DNA from: Gnetum montanum
Taxonomy: Eukaryota; Plantae; Gnetophyta
Direction of reading: 5' to 3'
DNA: 64,000 bases
NCBI GenBank assembly: GCA_015680685.1
Contig: MNCI01001933.1
Span: 160,817 to 224,816 of the forward strand
This document shows, piece after piece, positions 62,048 to 64,000 of the stretch. Under the pieces are notes generated by a model. The model was not told the origin of the DNA, made no database searches, and saw nothing but the letters and a program-made list of their open reading frames with translations. The number at the start of each line of letters is the position of its first letter. Position 1 is the stretch's first letter. A program made the translations under genes and the position numbers.

Positions 62048-62605
62048 TGATAAGCAATGAGTGTCCCCTATGCCCAACCATACGAATCACAAGCATGTAC
62101 GCGCAATTGGATCGAATTCCCTGAACTTTGGGCTAATAGTATCCTAGATAATTAAGTGTGATATTGTTAGTCATTGTCTTTCATGTCATTGATTGTGCTA
62201 GTTCAATTGGTATGGTTAAGTGTGATTGAGGCATAAAGTGTTTTTATTTTTATTATTAAAATATTAAAATAATAAAGTAATTAAAGTAATAATTTCTAAC
62301 TAATTATAGAATTAAAAGTAATCTAAGCTATCCTAAGTATGTTGTATCCATTCTCACTTTCTATACCCATCCTAAACCTATATCAATGTTGTTGGGTTAC
62401 CAAGTGTCTACAACTAAGCATACCAAGTATTCACTATTAGGATTACCAAAGATTAATAGATTATGCTTGAAGTAATCATACTCATGCTATTATGAAATAA
62501 AATGTTAACTTGCTAAGTGCTAAAAAGTAAAGTGCATTAAGAGTAAATTATTGAAAATAAACTAAGTGCTAGTCCAAGTGTTATAATGGAAGGAATTAAT
62601 CTTGA
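62048..62605 (-). mobile_element. Truncated Athila-type LTR fragment upstream of SYP81
   Basis: tgataagcaatgagtgtcccctatgcccaaccatacgaatcacaagcatg matches the LTR end of element C (3526) and of B and A. Shared internal blocks gggttaccaagtg and taaagtgcat. Confidence 0.75.
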
Positions 62606-64000
62606 TTTTGGCCGAGAGGCCAACTCGTCTCGTAGGATAGGGGGGGGAGCAGGGAGTGCATTTGTCACCCTCCACGTCACGTGCCATGTAAGATCCCATG
62701 AAATGGGAAAAAACATGAACCGAAGAGCCACACATTTTCGTATTCTTGTTCTGCAGAATGTGAACCAAAGAGCCATAACTTTTCATGTTCCCACTGCACA
62801 CATAAAAAGGTCAAACACAACCAAATGTAGAATGGAAATGGGAATGGGAATGGGAATGAGAATTCCATTACCATTCTGTCTCTATCTCCGTTTGCAATTG
62901 CTGCTACAAGCCACTTAGCCCAACCGAACCAGCTTCGATGACGCCAGCTTCGAAGCTCTGCCAGAGCGCTAAAAAGGCACCTACAATGGTGGCCCATGCT
63001 TTAGCTGCAATAACAAGCTCATTGGCATGCACTTCTTCAACCAAGGCAGCAATAAGACAATAGGCCAGTTAGCCCTTACTACATCCTTGCTTAACACCAA
63101 GGGCCACAACATGCACACATCATCGACAATTATAATACAATTTTTGTTATAATAGCTAAAAGATCCCTTCATTTAGGTTTCTTTTTTTTTTTGGATAAAA
63201 TTTATATATGAATTAGGCCAATATGTTTCTTGAGTATCTTTGTTTGAATGTATGTTTTAAGCATAAAATTTTGTAGGTAGGGGCAAGATGAGCGGTAGAG
63301 CCAGAGGCATTCGAGGAAAGACGGTAATGGCTATAGTTGAAGCTGTAGCCCATGAAACCGCTACACAAGAGAACTCACAAGTCTAATGTTTGTTGCATTA
63401 TCTGGAGTCAAGATCATTGATTCTCTAAATATTCATCCTCCTTTCCATGTGCAGAGATACAGAAAAATTTCATATGCTAAACATTTGTAAGTATAATTGC
63501 ATAGGAAGTTTGTTTTGCTCAATTGGAGGATTAGGCATATTAGGTTCATACTTATCATTGTATTTTGCCTTTTGTTCAATCCTATTATGCAACCCTGTAA
63601 TGTGTTGTTGCAATAATTGTGCAATGTATTCCTTCATCAACATATACGAAATATATAAACTTTTATTTTAACCATTTTATGTTTACCAGTATATATTATT
63701 TGGAATGCAAATAGTGATGATAACTTAAAAAATAAAATAAAAAATTAAATTCTACTCATAGCCCACGAAATCGCTCCACTAGCTTAGATATATATATATA
63801 TATATATCTATAAATTGGCCGAGATGATTTAAAAAAAATGATGTTAACTAAGCCAGACTACTCGACGAGATAATAAGATAACTAAAAACGGAATCACTCA
63901 CCCCTCCTCTGTTTCTTTACCACTTACCCAATTTAGTTTTACCCTCTCAGTCAAGTTTCCTCTTTCTTTGTTTGTTCATGGCGTTTTTGAGCATTATTTA

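Noticed and set aside
62537-63400. Divergent neighbouring gene upstream of SYP81
   Set aside because: The ORFs have no recognisable domain and include a (GGAATG)n microsatellite. A short exon-like stretch near 63290 could not be supported.

Overview
Eukaryotic (land-plant) nuclear DNA, mostly nested transposon remains. The transposon types suggest a non-seed plant, but this is inference. There is one intact host gene: a 7-exon syntaxin-81 (SYP81/STX18-like, 313 aa, minus strand, 41210-61336) whose 15.5-kb intron 4 is full of transposons. An LRR-XI (HAESA/HSL/CEPR2-like) receptor-kinase pseudogene (~5045-39850) is split by a 576-bp hAT MITE and by a ~31-kb Mutator-like block. That block carries a SWIM/MULE transposase, an Ulp1-like protease, two plant-transposon-protein (PF20167-like) ORFs and tandem repeats. 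It also holds two related Athila-type LTR elements. Element B (7678-17648) is old and full length. Element A (18368-25741, perfect TSD GATGA) is young and keeps a nearly intact Gag-protease frame but has lost RT, RNase H and integrase. An assembly gap at 29821 appears to join an empty and a filled allele of an A-family insertion. The SYP81 intron holds an old copia remnant with two nested gypsy derivatives. One of these is internally inverted, creating a hairpin with 85-bp arms. Inside it is the most unexpected item: a GC-rich, poly(A)-tailed insert encoding a coiled coil plus a C-terminal HPD-containing J-domain. All coordinates and alignments were read by eye and no searches were run.
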